Assembly (NCBI GenBank): GCA_013239625.1
Contig: MU053629.1
Span: forward strand, 2,631,567 to 2,695,566
Direction of reading: 5' to 3'
From: Lama guanicoe
Taxonomy: Eukaryota
DNA: 64,000 bases
The notes beneath the pieces were generated by a model. The model was not told where the DNA came from. It saw only the letters and a program-made list of their open reading frames with translations, and did no database searches. Numbering within the stretch: the stretch's first letter is position 1; each line of letters starts with the position of its first letter. Made by a program: the position numbers and the translations under genes. Positions 62,715-64,000 of this stretch are shown one piece after another.

Positions 62715-64000
62715 AAATAACTGTATTGAGGTGCAGTCAACATACAATTAACTATATATTTAAAGTGGATAAGTTATGACTTAAGTATACCTCCATGAAA
62801 TCATCAGTATGATAAAGAACATACCTATTGCCCTAAAAAAGTTCCTCATGCTCCTTTGAAATTGAACCCTCCCTCCCCTACCTCCCATCCCCAGGCAGCA
62901 ACTGATCTGTCTTCTGTCACTATAGACTAGTTAACATTTTCTAGAATTTGTATATAAATTGAACAGTATACTATATACTCTCTTTTATATGGCTTATTTT
63001 GAGATTTATCCATGTTTTTCACTATATCAGTAATTTGTTCCTTTTTATTGTTGAGTAGTATTCCATTGTATGGATGTACCACAGTTTGTTTAACCATTCA
63101 TTTGATGATGTACATTTGGGTTGTTTTCAGTTTTTAGTTACTATGTATAAAGGTGTTATAAACATTCACATATAGGACTTTGTGTGGAATTAAGCTGTCA
63201 TCTCTCTTGGGTAAATACCTAGAAGAGTAATCAAGGGGGAGATGTTTGTTTAACTTTTTGAGAAATTGCCAAAATGTTTCCCAAAGTGTTTACACTATTT
63301 TACAGTCCCACCAGCAGGGCAGGAGTGTTATAGTATTTTATGTATATATATGTTTCACATGCTTTTCAACACTTGGTAAGATCAGTCTTTTAATTTTAGC
63401 TTTCCTAAAAGTGGATGTGTAATTGTATTTTCACTTACAGTTCCCTGATAACCAAGGAGCATGTTTTCATGTTCATATTTGCTATTTGTTTATCTTCTTT
63501 GGAGAAGTGTCTTTTCAAGTTTTGCTCATATTGAAAAAATTTGGATTTTTTTTCTGTATTCCTATTGAGCTGCATATTTTAAAAAATATTCCAGATACAA
63601 ATTCTTTCTTCATGTATTCTAGGTCTATAAAAAGGTTTTTAAAAAATATTTTCTAGATACAAGTCCTCTGTTGGACATACGTATTACCAATATTTTCTCC
63701 CAATGGTGACCACCTTTTCATTTTCCTAGTGGTATCTTACAGAGAACAAGTTTTAAATTTACTGAAGTCTGGTTTATCACCTTTTTCTTTTATTAGCAAT
63801 TTTGGGGTCATATCTCAGAACTTTATCCAACCCAAAGTTATATTTTCTCCCATGTTTTCTTTTAGAAGTTTTTAGTTTTTGCTCTTACATTTAGGTTTGT
63901 GATCCATTTTGAATTAATTTTTGTGTATGGTGTGAGGTAAGGGTAGAGGTTCATATTTTTCCCACACACAGACATCCAGTTGTTCCAGCACCATTTGTTG
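62715..64000 (-). mobile_element. Old L1 (L1MC-like) 3' region, running off the window end
   Basis: tttttattgttgagtagtattccattgtatggatgtaccacagtttg, gatccattttgaattaatttttg, atccagttgttccagcaccatttgttg. Confidence 0.85.

Noticed and set aside
54400..64000. Exons of the next syntenic gene (PARP16 in human) or snRNA genes
   Set aside because: No recognisable coding exon or snRNA sequence; the region is mostly repeats.

Overview
This is mammalian genomic DNA, most likely camelid, judged from the tRNA-derived SINEs and young L1 3' ends. It holds two minus-strand genes in tandem. The first is the 5' part of CLPX (coding exons 1-3 and its CpG-island promoter; the rest lies left of the window). The second is the complete CILP gene: 9 exons, a 3555-nt CDS (1184 aa), a TATA box, GT-AG junctions throughout and several poly(A) signals. 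The remainder is ordinary mammalian repeat landscape (L1, L2/MIR, MaLR/ERV LTRs, hAT fossils, SINEs) plus a 60-N assembly gap. I see no new protein-coding system. The most notable observations are an ERV1 remnant whose pol/env part is inverted relative to its LTR-PBS-leader, a 5'-inverted L1, an in-frame upstream ATG in CILP, symmetric CILP exons with weak donors, alternative poly(A) signals flanking an AU-rich element, a 45-bp dispersed duplication, and candidate ZNF143, CTCF and SMAD-SOX-TCF sites. Exon boundaries were read base by base. Repeat boundaries and subfamily names are approximate, and comparisons with human proteins are from memory.
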